Shown here in pieces: positions 1 through 11,043 of a stretch of 64,000 nucleotides of DNA (positions within the stretch are counted from its first letter, which is position 1; each line of letters opens with the position of its first letter). The notes below the pieces were generated by a model. That model did not search any database. It was not told the origin of the DNA and saw only the letters and a program-made list of their open reading frames with translations. The translations under genes were made by a program, and so were the position numbers. The stretch comes from an uncultured Candidatus Saccharibacteria bacterium. GTDB taxonomy: Bacteria > Patescibacteriota > Minisyncoccia > CAIUEV01 > JAHKAQ01. Location of the stretch: assembly GCA_964598205.1 (NCBI GenBank), contig CAZRBB010000003.1, positions 17,046-81,045 of the forward strand, in the 5' to 3' direction.

Positions 1-242
1 ATCCGACACTCTCCTTTTTCTTTGCAAATAAGCGCCTCTCTAGTTTCTATTTTAAAACTCAAAAAATCAATTCCTACTTCCTTGCAAGCTTTTTCCTTGG
101 CCTTAATATAAACTTCAGAAGCCGAATCATCTCCTACCTTAATAACAGCCAATTTAGGAGCTGTCTTAAAAGTCTGAACTTTTTTCTTAATTGCTTCTTT
201 TATTTTTGAAGAACACTTAATTCCGTCTAAAATTAGAGTCAT
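1..242 (-). CDS. folD: Methylenetetrahydrofolate dehydrogenase/cyclohydrolase FolD, 5' end only (N-terminal ~80 codons; 3' part of gene lies off-window)
   Basis: Manual reverse translation from a start at 242 gives MTLILDGIKCSSKIKEAIKKKVQTFKTAPKLAVIKVGDDSASEVYIKAKEKACKEVGIDF. This is typical of the FolD N-terminus, and it sits next to glyA (one-carbon metabolism). It is not in the ORF track because it is truncated. Confidence 0.7.
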   Translation of the reverse strand, partial: MTLILDGIKCSSKIKEAIKKKVQTFKTAPKLAVIKVGDDSASEVYIKAKEKACKEVGIDFLSFKIETREALICKEKGECR

Positions 243-437
243 TTAAAAAAATAATTTAATTGCGTTTAATTTAGCTTATTTGGGGAATAAAAAACAATCC
301 CTTCCAGAAATGAATCTGTAGGGGATTGTTGAGGATTGTTAATATAATTATAAGGTGCTTTTTGGGAAGACGAAAAAGAGCGTAGCTCTTTTCAGCGGGT
401 TGATCCCGAAAATTGTCAATGAACAGCTCCTTGTTGC

Positions 438-1253
438 TTAGCTTGCAGCTGGGAGATAGATAGCAAAGGTGGTTCCGGAATCATCGGACTCCGCCACCTC
501 TATTGCCCCCTGGCTTCTTTTGACAATGCCATAAGCCACAGAAAGCCCTAGACCAGCACCCAAGTGCGATGATTTGGTGGAAAAAAACGGTTCAAAAATA
601 AGGGGCTGGATTTCAGATGGAATTCCAGGACCGTTATCCTTGATTTTTATTTCCACAAATTTTCCGGGCTGAATATCTTTAGATAAGGCATTTTTGGCGC
701 TTAGAACTACTTCCTGCGCTTCAATGCTTACCTTTAAATCCCTCTCTTGGCCATTGTTATTGATCGCCTCCCAAGAGTTCAGAAGCATTCCAGCCAAAAC
801 ATTCTCCATCTCTGGGACACTAATTTTCACTATGGAATTATTAATAGCACAACGAAACTCCCCCTTTACACCCATTGACTCAAGTTTTTTAATGGAGTTG
901 GTAATTACCTCCCCTATTCCCACGGGTTCCGATTTCCAGATCATTGTCCGTTGGGAAATCTGGAGCAATTGTTCTATTAGCTTGGCCATCCTGTGCGATT
1001 CGCCCAAAATCTCCTTGACTTCTGCTCCAAGCTTAGGGTGATCCATTATTAGGAGCTCAAGCCGGTAGTCAACTATCTGCAGGCAGTTGTTCAGCCGGTG
1101 AGCCATCCCTCCGGCCAATCGACCAACCGCTGTCATTTTACAACTGCAGTTGTGCCCAACCTTGGGATTCTTTTTTTCAAAGATCCCCTTTTCATTTTTT
1201 TCCATTGTTTTTGCCTCCCTCAATCTTTGGTTTTGGTTTTTGATGAAAAACAA
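438..1253 (-). CDS. Sensor histidine kinase, cytoplasmic (HisKA-like H-box plus HATPase_c); no transmembrane or sensor domain
   Basis: H-box-like GGMAHRLNN; N/G1/G2 boxes (DNGPGIP ... GAGLGLSVAYGIV) typical of HATPase_c. No response regulator is visible nearby. Confidence 0.75.
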   Translation of the reverse strand: MFFIKNQNQRLREAKTMEKNEKGIFEKKNPKVGHNCSCKMTAVGRLAGGMAHRLNNCLQIVDYRLELLIMDHPKLGAEVKEILGESHRMAKLIEQLLQISQRTMIWKSEPVGIGEVITNSIKKLESMGVKGEFRCAINNSIVKISVPEMENVLAGMLLNSWEAINNNGQERDLKVSIEAQEVVLSAKNALSKDIQPGKFVEIKIKDNGPGIPSEIQPLIFEPFFSTKSSHLGAGLGLSVAYGIVKRSQGAIEVAESDDSGTTFAIYLPAAS

Positions 1254-1321
1254 AGGGGACTTTAAAAAAATCTAAAGTCCCCTTTTAGGGTAGGTATAAG
1301 CAGCTAGCTTGTCAATAGAAA

Positions 1322-2626
1322 TTACATTTCTGGATAAATAGGAAATTCTCTAAAAAGTATCCTGGTATGCTTTTCTATTTTTTTAAGTTCAAAAGGTCGT
1401 TTGTGATTTTCCAAAGCGTTACAAATACTTTCTCCTAGAATTTCCATTTCTTTTTCTTTCATGTTGCGAATAGTGGCGCAGGGCGTTCCTAAACGAATAC
1501 CACTGGGACTAAATGGAGGTCTTGGGTCGTTAGGAACAGTATTTTTGTTAACCGAGATCCCGATTTTTTCTAGGGTTTTTTCGGCATCGGCTCCTGTTAA
1601 GCCCTTGGAAGTAACATCCATTAAAATTAGATGATTATCGGTACCACCGGAAATAAGTTTGAATCCCCTACCAAGAAACACTTTGGCTAGGGCTTGAGAG
1701 TTTTTAACTACCTGCTGGGCCCATTTTTTAAATTGAGGCGTACTGGCTTCTTTTAACGCTACCGCTATTCCGGCAATGGTATGTTCATGCGGACCGCCCT
1801 GCAACCCAGGAAAAATGGCTCGATCAATCAATGTGGGCAGATCTTTTTTAGTTACTTTGTCTGGTTTTTTTAGGGGGTTGGAAGGATTTCCGTTGGTCAT
1901 AATAATTCCCGCTCGCGGACCGCGTAGCGTTTTATGGGTGGTAGAAGTAATTACATCCGCGTGCCCTACTGGTGTTTGATGCACTCCCGCTATTACCAAC
2001 CCAATAATATGAGCAATATCTGCCACAAAAAAAGCATTGTATTTTCTAGCTAGTTCACCAAATTTTTTAAAATCATACTCTCGAGGATAAGCAGTAGCGC
2101 CAGAAAAAATCAATTTAGGACGATGTTTTTTAAAAAGACTTTCTACTTGATCAAAATCAATGTAGCCGTTTTTGTCTACACCATAAAAAACAGAATTGTA
2201 ATACCGACCCGAAAAATTGACTTTAAGTCCATGGGTTAAGTGTCCTCCATGTTGCAACTGCATTCCCATCATGGTGTCGTTGGGTTCTAGGAGAGCAAAA
2301 TAAACCGCTTGATTAGCCGGGCTTCCAGAATAGGGTTGAACATTAACATGGCTTACTTTAAACAACTTCTTGGCCCTGTCTATTGCTAGTTGCTCAATTT
2401 TGTCTGTAAATTCTTGGCCGCCATAATAACGCTTTTTAGGAAATCCTTCGGAATACTTGTTATTAAAAATAGATCCCATTGCTTCTAGAACTGATCGGGA
2501 AGCATAACTTTCCGAAGGAATCATTTCTAGTCCTTTTTGTTGTCTGCTAAGCTCTCCAGAAATAAACTTAAAAACGGCCGGATCTGTTTTTTTGATATTT
2601 TTATAAACCTGATTTCTTTCTCCCAT
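1322..2626 (-). CDS. glyA: Serine hydroxymethyltransferase
   Basis: 434 aa; conserved SHMT motifs (IPSESY, PLP-lysine region TTHKTLRGPR). Confidence 0.95.
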   Translation of the reverse strand: MGERNQVYKNIKKTDPAVFKFISGELSRQQKGLEMIPSESYASRSVLEAMGSIFNNKYSEGFPKKRYYGGQEFTDKIEQLAIDRAKKLFKVSHVNVQPYSGSPANQAVYFALLEPNDTMMGMQLQHGGHLTHGLKVNFSGRYYNSVFYGVDKNGYIDFDQVESLFKKHRPKLIFSGATAYPREYDFKKFGELARKYNAFFVADIAHIIGLVIAGVHQTPVGHADVITSTTHKTLRGPRAGIIMTNGNPSNPLKKPDKVTKKDLPTLIDRAIFPGLQGGPHEHTIAGIAVALKEASTPQFKKWAQQVVKNSQALAKVFLGRGFKLISGGTDNHLILMDVTSKGLTGADAEKTLEKIGISVNKNTVPNDPRPPFSPSGIRLGTPCATIRNMKEKEMEILGESICNALENHKRPFELKKIEKHTRILFREFPIYPEM

Positions 2627-2645
2627 TAGTTTGGTTAAAAATAAT

Positions 2646-3263
2646 TTATTTTTTAACTTCGCTTCGCGCTACGCTCACATTTTTAAATTGACTGTTAAAG
2701 TCTTTATAATAAGCTTTGTAATTTTCTTCTCTGGTCCATTTTTTTAAATATCCTTCAGGGAGAGGCAGGCTAGGAAAAAGATCTATCTTGCTCCATTCTT
2801 TGCCCTTGTATAGAGGGTAGTTATAGTAAAGGGTTTCTTTGGAAATCCCTCTAATAAAAGCTACCTGTGGTATTTTAAAATAAGTTTTAGCTAAATAAGC
2901 TCGGTGCATACCATCGCAAACAATATTAGCCACTTCGCCATTTTCTTCAATGCTTTCTTCTACAATAATCGGTAAAATATCTCGCGGTTCTTTTTGCCCT
3001 TCTACCCAAAACCGGCAAAAACCGTTCAGATTAAAAATATCTACGGCTTTCTTTTTTAGTGCCCAATGAAGTTCAGCAATTTCTTTTAAATTATCTTCCA
3101 CTAAATACCTTTGAGGGCAGTAAAGTCCTTGAGGGCTCAGTTTTTCTAGGGTAACCACTGCTTTGTTGTATGGCTTTACTTTGGTGGCTTCCAGCATGTT
3201 TACCTCCTTCAACCTTCTTAAGAATTCTTTCTCACTGAATTGCTGGACTTTTTGGATTTTCAT
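2646..3263 (-). CDS. Hypothetical protein with ParB/sulfiredoxin-like (DGxHR) motif
   Basis: IVCDGMHRAYLA resembles the DGQHR/ParB-Srx nuclease-fold signature; no other recognisable domain. Confidence 0.4.
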   Translation of the reverse strand: MKIQKVQQFSEKEFLRRLKEVNMLEATKVKPYNKAVVTLEKLSPQGLYCPQRYLVEDNLKEIAELHWALKKKAVDIFNLNGFCRFWVEGQKEPRDILPIIVEESIEENGEVANIVCDGMHRAYLAKTYFKIPQVAFIRGISKETLYYNYPLYKGKEWSKIDLFPSLPLPEGYLKKWTREENYKAYYKDFNSQFKNVSVARSEVKK

Positions 3264-3273
3264 TTTTAGAAAA

Positions 3274-3915
3274 TTAAAGTTTATTTTTTAGGTCATAAAT
3301 TGTTGGTAGAGAAAAATCTGCCGCCACAGAAACACCCCAAGCCAACGCCGTTCGCATCCCGAGCTTTTTAGGAGGAAGAATATCGATTGTCTCCTTGTCT
3401 CCAATAAACAAGTGCTCTTCTGGTTTTCTTTTAGTGAGCTTAAGAAGACCCCGAAAACTATCTCCTGAAAATTTACCACCTAAAAAGTTGTCTCCAAATA
3501 TTTTATACCGAAAAATTTTAGGATCAATGCCTAATGCTTTTATTTTAGCAAAAGCGCTTTTCTTGGCCGATGAAGTCACTAAAAATAAAGTATATTTTTT
3601 GCTCAAATAACCTAGCAAGTGAATAAGTTTTTGGTCTTTTTTGATTGCTAAAGATAGGTCCGCTTCTTGGGAAATCTTTAAAGACAGTTTTTCGGCATTT
3701 TTGATTCCCATTTTTTCTAAAGCTTCGCGTCCGCTTTTTAGAATTTGATAATGTTTTTTGAATTGTTTCTTGGCCACTTCTAACTCTAGTCCCAACTCTT
3801 GAGCAGCTAGGCGATAAACGGTTTCTCTGTAAATTTTAAAAGTGAGCTTTGTTTCTTTGTAAAGCGTTTGGTCTAAATCGAACCCTATTAATTTTATTGT
3901 TTTAGGATCTAGCAT
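3274..3915 (-). CDS. HAD-superfamily hydrolase
   Basis: Motif I FDLDQTLY near the N-terminus and a C-terminal GD motif (FIGDKETID). Confidence 0.7.
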   Translation of the reverse strand: MLDPKTIKLIGFDLDQTLYKETKLTFKIYRETVYRLAAQELGLELEVAKKQFKKHYQILKSGREALEKMGIKNAEKLSLKISQEADLSLAIKKDQKLIHLLGYLSKKYTLFLVTSSAKKSAFAKIKALGIDPKIFRYKIFGDNFLGGKFSGDSFRGLLKLTKRKPEEHLFIGDKETIDILPPKKLGMRTALAWGVSVAADFSLPTIYDLKNKL

Positions 3916-4451
3916 TAAACTTGTTTTTCTTTTTTAGTGGCTACAATCCTTCCTCCTCTCCATTGTCCCCTGGAGGGATTGGACTTGCCTTTTACTTCTT
4001 GGAAAACAATAAAAGCAATCCTAGCTCCTAATTCAATTGTAAATTTGACCGGACCTAAATTAGCCAAACCAAAAGTTAATTTTCCAAAATATTCTGGAGA
4101 AACTTTTCCTGAAAGAAGGGTTACCCCGCTCCTAAAAAGAGTGCTTCTGGGGTAGACGCTAGCAAAAATGTTTTTTCCCATTTTGACTTCTTCAATAGTA
4201 GACACTAAGCAGAAATCACCAGGGAAAAGAGTAAACTCTTTATCTTTTTGTTTGGTGGAGATTGTTTTTTTAATGCTGGCCGTATGTCTTTCTTCTTTCC
4301 CCAAAAAACCTTGGCCAGAAATTAGACTGATTTCGCCGACGCGTAAATCAAACCCAGGACCTTCGGGAAAGTTGAGTTCTCGGGAAGAAAGATTCTTTAC
4401 CAGTCCTTTTTTTTTAACTAAATCTAGAATTTTTGCCGATCCTAGAATCAT
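3915..4451 (-). CDS. dcd: dCTP deaminase/dUTPase-family protein
   Basis: dUTPase/Dcd motif III-like PRSTLFRSGV and beta-rich composition. Adjacent to thyX-like and dCMP deaminase genes. Confidence 0.55.
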   Translation of the reverse strand: MILGSAKILDLVKKKGLVKNLSSRELNFPEGPGFDLRVGEISLISGQGFLGKEERHTASIKKTISTKQKDKEFTLFPGDFCLVSTIEEVKMGKNIFASVYPRSTLFRSGVTLLSGKVSPEYFGKLTFGLANLGPVKFTIELGARIAFIVFQEVKGKSNPSRGQWRGGRIVATKKEKQV

Positions 4452-4457
4452 TGTGTT

Positions 4458-6071
4458 TTATAATAAATTTAGCTTCTTCTGTAATTCTTCTTCCAGGCAA
4501 TCCTTCATGGCAACATGCAGTTCTTGGTTATAACTTGGGATAAATTTTTTAATATAACCACAGGTTTTTTCTTCTGGACAAAAGCCAGAAACAACGCATT
4601 TGGGTTCCATTAAATCAGCCAAGGACGCTAGTCCTTTTTTTCTGAGCGCTTTCTTGATTTCTCTAAGCTCACCCTTGGTTTCTTTGAAAATTTGTTCATC
4701 AGCAGTTACGCAGCTTCTTAGGGAATAATAGCCATCAATCAAATTAAAAAGATTGTATTCCTGAATCATTTTAATTCTTAAGGCTCTTGGAATAATCATT
4801 ACAGCGTCTTTTTCGGGAATACCCAGCCCAACTAGTTTTTGATAGGCATCTAGGGAAGAAAAAGCACAATCCAAGAAAATCTTTCTTTGATCGGAATTTT
4901 TGGCCAAAACCGGTGGAATGGCAAAAACTTGATCCACATTTTCTATTTCTTTTTCTTTTAGATCTTTCTCTTTTCTAAAAGAATCAGCGTAGCGAGAAAA
5001 AACAGCCAGTGCTTGATTAATACAATAATAAATTGATTCTGTGGTAATTGGGGCCGTGCGATGTCTTTTTTTGTCTCGCCATACCCTAAGACTAACATTA
5101 GACAATATTTTTACCGTAATCCCCGTTCCATAGTCGCGAATCAGCTTTCTCCTTAGGAAAAGGACTTTCCGCCAATTGGCTTTTAGTTTCTGGGGATTTT
5201 TAAAAATCTTTTTCTGCTCATTCTTAATAATGGTAGCTTCCTTTATAAAGTTCTTTCCTAGTACGCTGTCTATGCTTATTAAATGGAAATTTTCATTATT
5301 TTTTGCCACCCTAGGCACTGCTCTTTCTAAGTCTCTTGTTAAATTAACAGAAGCTGGGTCTTTAAATAAATTGGGGTATGGATAGGTATTTTTAGGAGAG
5401 GCAAATCTAGTGGAATAAAGAAGATCAACGCCCATTTTTTTAAGTTCTTTTTCTATTTTGGAAAGGAGTAATCCGGCTTCTTCTGGCATCCATTCTTTTT
5501 CTTGCGCATATTCATGGGCAAAGGTGACTAAGGATTCCACTGGCAAAACAATGACTCCTGTTCCATAGGTACCGTATTGGGCGAGTTTTCCCACTTCGTC
5601 TTGTAGTGCCCCCATTTCCAAAAGCTGACTCAATCCTTTAAGATTTTTTTCGGAAGCCTCCTGGTAAATTTTTAATGCTTTTTTATTTTTTAAAATAGAG
5701 GAAGGAAAAACAATATCTTTTTTACTTGCAATGGCGCGTCTGCCAGAATGCATTAAGGCCGAAGAAAAAGTAATCCCTGTAAGCATGGAGCCAACCATTT
5801 TAGAAGCCTCAAAAGAAAAACAAAAAACCGGCAAGGTTCCCATGGAAGCGTGCCCTCTTAGTGAAGATTTTTTTAAGATATTTTTTACTTTTTGTTTTAT
5901 ATCCTGATTTTTTGTTTTGGCTTCCAAAACCAAGTCCGATAAAGATTCACCTCGAAAAGTTAACAGCCCAGAAAAAGCAGCTATTTCTTGAGGAGAAAGA
6001 TTGGCTTTAGGGGAATAATATTGAGGAACGATCCCTAAAATTTTTATTTTAAGATCAGAAGTTTTTTTCAT
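4458..6071 (-). CDS. thyX: FAD-dependent thymidylate synthase ThyX-like, double length (537 aa)
   Basis: ThyX signature RHRX7S present (RHRTAPITTES) in the C-terminal half. The size suggests a tandem ThyX-fold duplication. Flanked by dCMP deaminase and Dcd-like genes. Confidence 0.55.
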   Translation of the reverse strand: MKKTSDLKIKILGIVPQYYSPKANLSPQEIAAFSGLLTFRGESLSDLVLEAKTKNQDIKQKVKNILKKSSLRGHASMGTLPVFCFSFEASKMVGSMLTGITFSSALMHSGRRAIASKKDIVFPSSILKNKKALKIYQEASEKNLKGLSQLLEMGALQDEVGKLAQYGTYGTGVIVLPVESLVTFAHEYAQEKEWMPEEAGLLLSKIEKELKKMGVDLLYSTRFASPKNTYPYPNLFKDPASVNLTRDLERAVPRVAKNNENFHLISIDSVLGKNFIKEATIIKNEQKKIFKNPQKLKANWRKVLFLRRKLIRDYGTGITVKILSNVSLRVWRDKKRHRTAPITTESIYYCINQALAVFSRYADSFRKEKDLKEKEIENVDQVFAIPPVLAKNSDQRKIFLDCAFSSLDAYQKLVGLGIPEKDAVMIIPRALRIKMIQEYNLFNLIDGYYSLRSCVTADEQIFKETKGELREIKKALRKKGLASLADLMEPKCVVSGFCPEEKTCGYIKKFIPSYNQELHVAMKDCLEEELQKKLNLL

Positions 6072-6089
6072 TAAAGAATTTATCTTCCC

Positions 6090-6569
6090 TTACTTTATAA
6101 AAACTATTTTATTGATCTTAACTTGGCTTTTTTTAAAATAATCAAACGCTACCTGATCTCCGTCGTAGTCTCTTAAATAAAAAACTCTTTTTATTTTGGC
6201 ATTAATGATTGTTTTGGCACAAGCCGCACAAGGACGGTAAGTAACAAAGAGATCGGCGCCACTAATGTTTATCCCCAAACTGGCCGCATTGGCAATAGCA
6301 TTCATTTCTGCGTGTGCTCCCCTGCATAATCCTTGATGTTTTTTTTCCACTCCTTTCACAATCTTAGCACAGCCTACTTTGTTGCAATGTTCAATTCCTT
6401 GCGGAGGGCCATTGTAACCCATAGAAAGCAATTGACTTCCCTTGGCAATCACTGCTCCAACCTGATAAAATAAGCAAACAGAGCGTTTTTGAATTACTTC
6501 GCCAATATTAAACCATACTTTTTCCCAGCAAGGTCGATCTTCCCCTTGTTTTATTTTCAAAACGCGCAT
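6090..6569 (-). CDS. comEB: dCMP (deoxycytidylate) deaminase
   Basis: Zinc-binding CDA motifs HAEMNAI and PCAACA. Confidence 0.8.
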   Translation of the reverse strand: MRVLKIKQGEDRPCWEKVWFNIGEVIQKRSVCLFYQVGAVIAKGSQLLSMGYNGPPQGIEHCNKVGCAKIVKGVEKKHQGLCRGAHAEMNAIANAASLGINISGADLFVTYRPCAACAKTIINAKIKRVFYLRDYDGDQVAFDYFKKSQVKINKIVFIK

Positions 6570-6587
6570 ACATGTAAGAAAAACGAG

Positions 6588-7265
6588 CTAGATTTTGATC
6601 TTTACACCAGGACTCATTGTTAGGGCCAAGGTAGCTTTTTTAATAAAGCGACCTTTTAGTTTGGCAGGTTTCTGTTTTTCTATTGCCTCGGCTACTGCTT
6701 GGTAATTTTCCAAAAGTTCTTCTGTTTTTAGGGAAATTTTGCCAATCATTTGATGGGCCGCTCCGCCAGCATCGCTTTTAATGTTGGCTTTGCCCTTTCT
6801 TAAAAGTTCTACTGCTTTTTTAATATCTTTAGTTACTGTTTCTGATTTAGGATTAGGCATTAATCCTTTGGGGCCAAGCACTTTGGCGATTTTGGCTAAC
6901 TTGGGCATTATTTCTGGACTAGCTAGCGCAATGTCAAAATTAAATTTCTCTCCTTGACCTATTTTATCTATTTCTTTTTCGCCAAATACTATATCGGCTC
7001 CCGACTCTTCGGCTAAACTTTTATTGTCTTTGTCTATAAAAACAGCAATGATTATTTTTTTTCCAATGTCGTGAGGCAAAACTAAAGATGCCCGCAATGG
7101 ATCGCTCTTCTTTTTCTTGCCAAAATTCAGCTTGAAATGGGCTTCTACTGCTTCGTTGAATTTGGCTGGTTTAAAATTTTTCAAAATTTCGATCGCTTCC
7201 TTGGGAGAAGTTTTGACTAATATTTGAGCTGAATTTTCCTGGTAACGCTTGCTTCTTTTTTTCAT
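6588..7265 (-). CDS. rplA: 50S ribosomal protein L1
   Basis: 225 aa with a characteristic L1 sequence; sits in the secE-nusG-rplK-rplA order. Confidence 0.95.
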   Translation of the reverse strand: MKKRSKRYQENSAQILVKTSPKEAIEILKNFKPAKFNEAVEAHFKLNFGKKKKSDPLRASLVLPHDIGKKIIIAVFIDKDNKSLAEESGADIVFGEKEIDKIGQGEKFNFDIALASPEIMPKLAKIAKVLGPKGLMPNPKSETVTKDIKKAVELLRKGKANIKSDAGGAAHQMIGKISLKTEELLENYQAVAEAIEKQKPAKLKGRFIKKATLALTMSPGVKIKI

Positions 7266-7278
7266 ATTTTTACATTAC

Positions 7279-7704
7279 TTAGATCTTGTTAACCGTCACT
7301 CCCATACTTCTTGCTGTGCCGGCTACAATTTTTTTGGCTGCTTCTAGATCATTGGCATTAAGATCTTCCTTTTTAATTTCTGCAATTTCAGCTAGCTGGG
7401 CTTCGGTAATAGAGCCAACCTTATCCTTCTGAGGAACACCGGAACCCTTTTGGATTTTAATCGCTTTTTTAATAAGCTCGGCTGCTGGCGGACTTTTCAT
7501 TATAAAATCAAAACTTCTGTCTTCGTAAATCGTAATCACCACCGGAATAATGTTGTCTCCTTTTTCTTTGGTTTTTTCGTTGAACTGAGTACAGAAATCT
7601 TGAATATTTAAGCCATGCTGACCTAAGGCTGGACCAACTGGAGGAGCAGGATTGGCTTTCCCTGCTGGAAGTTGTAATTTAACGAGCGCTTTTATTTCTT
7701 TCAT
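7279..7704 (-). CDS. rplK: 50S ribosomal protein L11
   Basis: 141 aa; PPVGPALG motif. Confidence 0.95.
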   Translation of the reverse strand: MKEIKALVKLQLPAGKANPAPPVGPALGQHGLNIQDFCTQFNEKTKEKGDNIIPVVITIYEDRSFDFIMKSPPAAELIKKAIKIQKGSGVPQKDKVGSITEAQLAEIAEIKKEDLNANDLEAAKKIVAGTARSMGVTVNKI

Positions 7705-7719
7705 AAAAATGAATCAAAT

Positions 7720-8262
7720 CTAAAGTTTTTTTAATTGAAGAAAGTCTAGTTCTACCGGAGTCTCTCTGCTAAACAAACTAACTAATACTCTTACTTTACC
7801 CTTGGCCTTGTCAATGCTCTGAACTTTGCCATCAAATTCCTTGAACGGTCCATCTACAATCTTAATAGAGTCTCCTTTTCTTAGGCCTATATCGTATTTG
7901 GGCTCTTCTACTCCCATTCTTTTCTTTAGAGCATCTACTTCGTCTTGAGAAATAGGAATGGGCGTTGTTCCAGCACCAGTAAAGCCAGTAACATTAGGAG
8001 TGTTTCTAACCACATACCACGAATCATCTGTAACGGTCATCTCTACTAAAACATAGCCAGGGAAAATTCTCTCTTTAACAATTTTTCTTTTGCCGTTTTT
8101 TATCTTAATTCTTTTTTCTGTTGGTACTAAAACACTAAAAATCTTATCTTGCATGTCTAAGGATTCAATCCGTTGTCTTAGGTTTTTGGCAACATTTTCT
8201 TCGTACCCAGAATAGGTATGAAGAACATACCAAGCTCTTTCTTGCTCAACTTGTTGCTTCAT
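7720..8262 (-). CDS. nusG: Transcription termination/antitermination factor NusG
   Basis: NGN and KOW regions (WYVLHTYSGYE ..., C-terminal KOW). Confidence 0.95.
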   Translation of the reverse strand: MKQQVEQERAWYVLHTYSGYEENVAKNLRQRIESLDMQDKIFSVLVPTEKRIKIKNGKRKIVKERIFPGYVLVEMTVTDDSWYVVRNTPNVTGFTGAGTTPIPISQDEVDALKKRMGVEEPKYDIGLRKGDSIKIVDGPFKEFDGKVQSIDKAKGKVRVLVSLFSRETPVELDFLQLKKL

Positions 8263-8438
8263 ATAATCCTAGCAATAAACAAATTAAATAAAAAATCAAG
8301 AAGTCCCAAGAAGAAAGCCATCCCAAAGCTCATTAAGATGACCGACTTAGTGTTTTTAGACACTTGTTCTTTGGTGGGCCATTTTATCTTGGATAGCTCC
8401 TCTTTTGATTCTCCCAAAAAGGCAATTATTTTCTTCAT
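8259..8438 (-). CDS. secE: Preprotein translocase subunit SecE (59 aa)
   Basis: Manually translated minus-strand ORF MKKIIAFLGESKEELSKIKWPTKEQVSKNTKSVILMSFGMAFFLGLLDFLFNLFIARII, with the SecE KxxWP motif and a C-terminal TM helix. Its stop overlaps the nusG start. Below the ORF-track length cutoff. Confidence 0.8.
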   Translation of the reverse strand: MKKIIAFLGESKEELSKIKWPTKEQVSKNTKSVILMSFGMAFFLGLLDFLFNLFIARII

Positions 8439-8530
8439 GTGCTTGGTTTTAAAAAGACCTCCAAGAGGCCTTTCTTAATTCTCCTTTAAGGATACAGAAT
8501 TGAAAACAAACTGTCAAACAGAAGTTTTGC

Positions 8531-10504
<1,974 letters not shown>

Positions 10505-10616
10505 TCAGAAAAAATAAAAACACATTCTAGGTGTTCTTAGGCTTCCCGATATTATTGCTCAATAAAAAATAAAAGGCAACGCTTGGTTAAATCTAAAGCA
10601 ATGGTGATTTATTCTC

Positions 10617-10985
10617 TTATTCCGCAATAAAGTATGCTTCTAGCAGAAACAGAGAAACGGCTAATAATAGCGCGTCCCACCAATTTAGAATTCTTGATCC
10701 TTGCATTAAAAGCAAGCCCACCAAAAGAATAGAGATCCAAATTCCCTGCCTAAAAGAAATGCCCACTAGCCCAAAAAGCAGTTCATTGTTCAATATTTTT
10801 TGGCGTAATTTGAAGCCAATAATAGAAAAAAGACCTGTTAGTAGAAAAAAAAGAGTGAAGTAAAAAAACAGCAATCCAGATAATCCTTGCTCATAAGGAT
10901 CAATCTTGGAGATGACCAAGATCCATGCTGCCCCAGAAAAAATGGCTACAGCGACGGTTATATTAAAATAAGTTTTTAGACTCAT
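10617..10985 (-). CDS. Hypothetical small membrane protein (3-4 TM)
   Basis: Hydrophobic 122-aa ORF with no recognisable motif. Confidence 0.4.
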   Translation of the reverse strand: MSLKTYFNITVAVAIFSGAAWILVISKIDPYEQGLSGLLFFYFTLFFLLTGLFSIIGFKLRQKILNNELLFGLVGISFRQGIWISILLVGLLLMQGSRILNWWDALLLAVSLFLLEAYFIAE

Positions 10986-11043
10986 TTTTGATTTTTTTAT
11001 TATTTAGTCTAAAATACATAAACTATAAATAAATATTACAGGA

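Noticed and set aside
8218-8478. Plus-strand 86-aa ORF in the nusG-gyrB spacer
   Set aside because: The opposite strand encodes a convincing SecE (KxxWP motif, C-terminal TM, stop overlapping the nusG start) in the canonical secE-nusG position. The plus-strand ORF is a shadow frame.
8440-8530. Apparent hairpin AAAAAGACCTCCAAGAGGCCTTTCTT considered as a terminator
   Set aside because: On inspection the arms are not complementary (AGGCCT is merely self-palindromic), and the position is upstream rather than downstream of secE on the coding strand.
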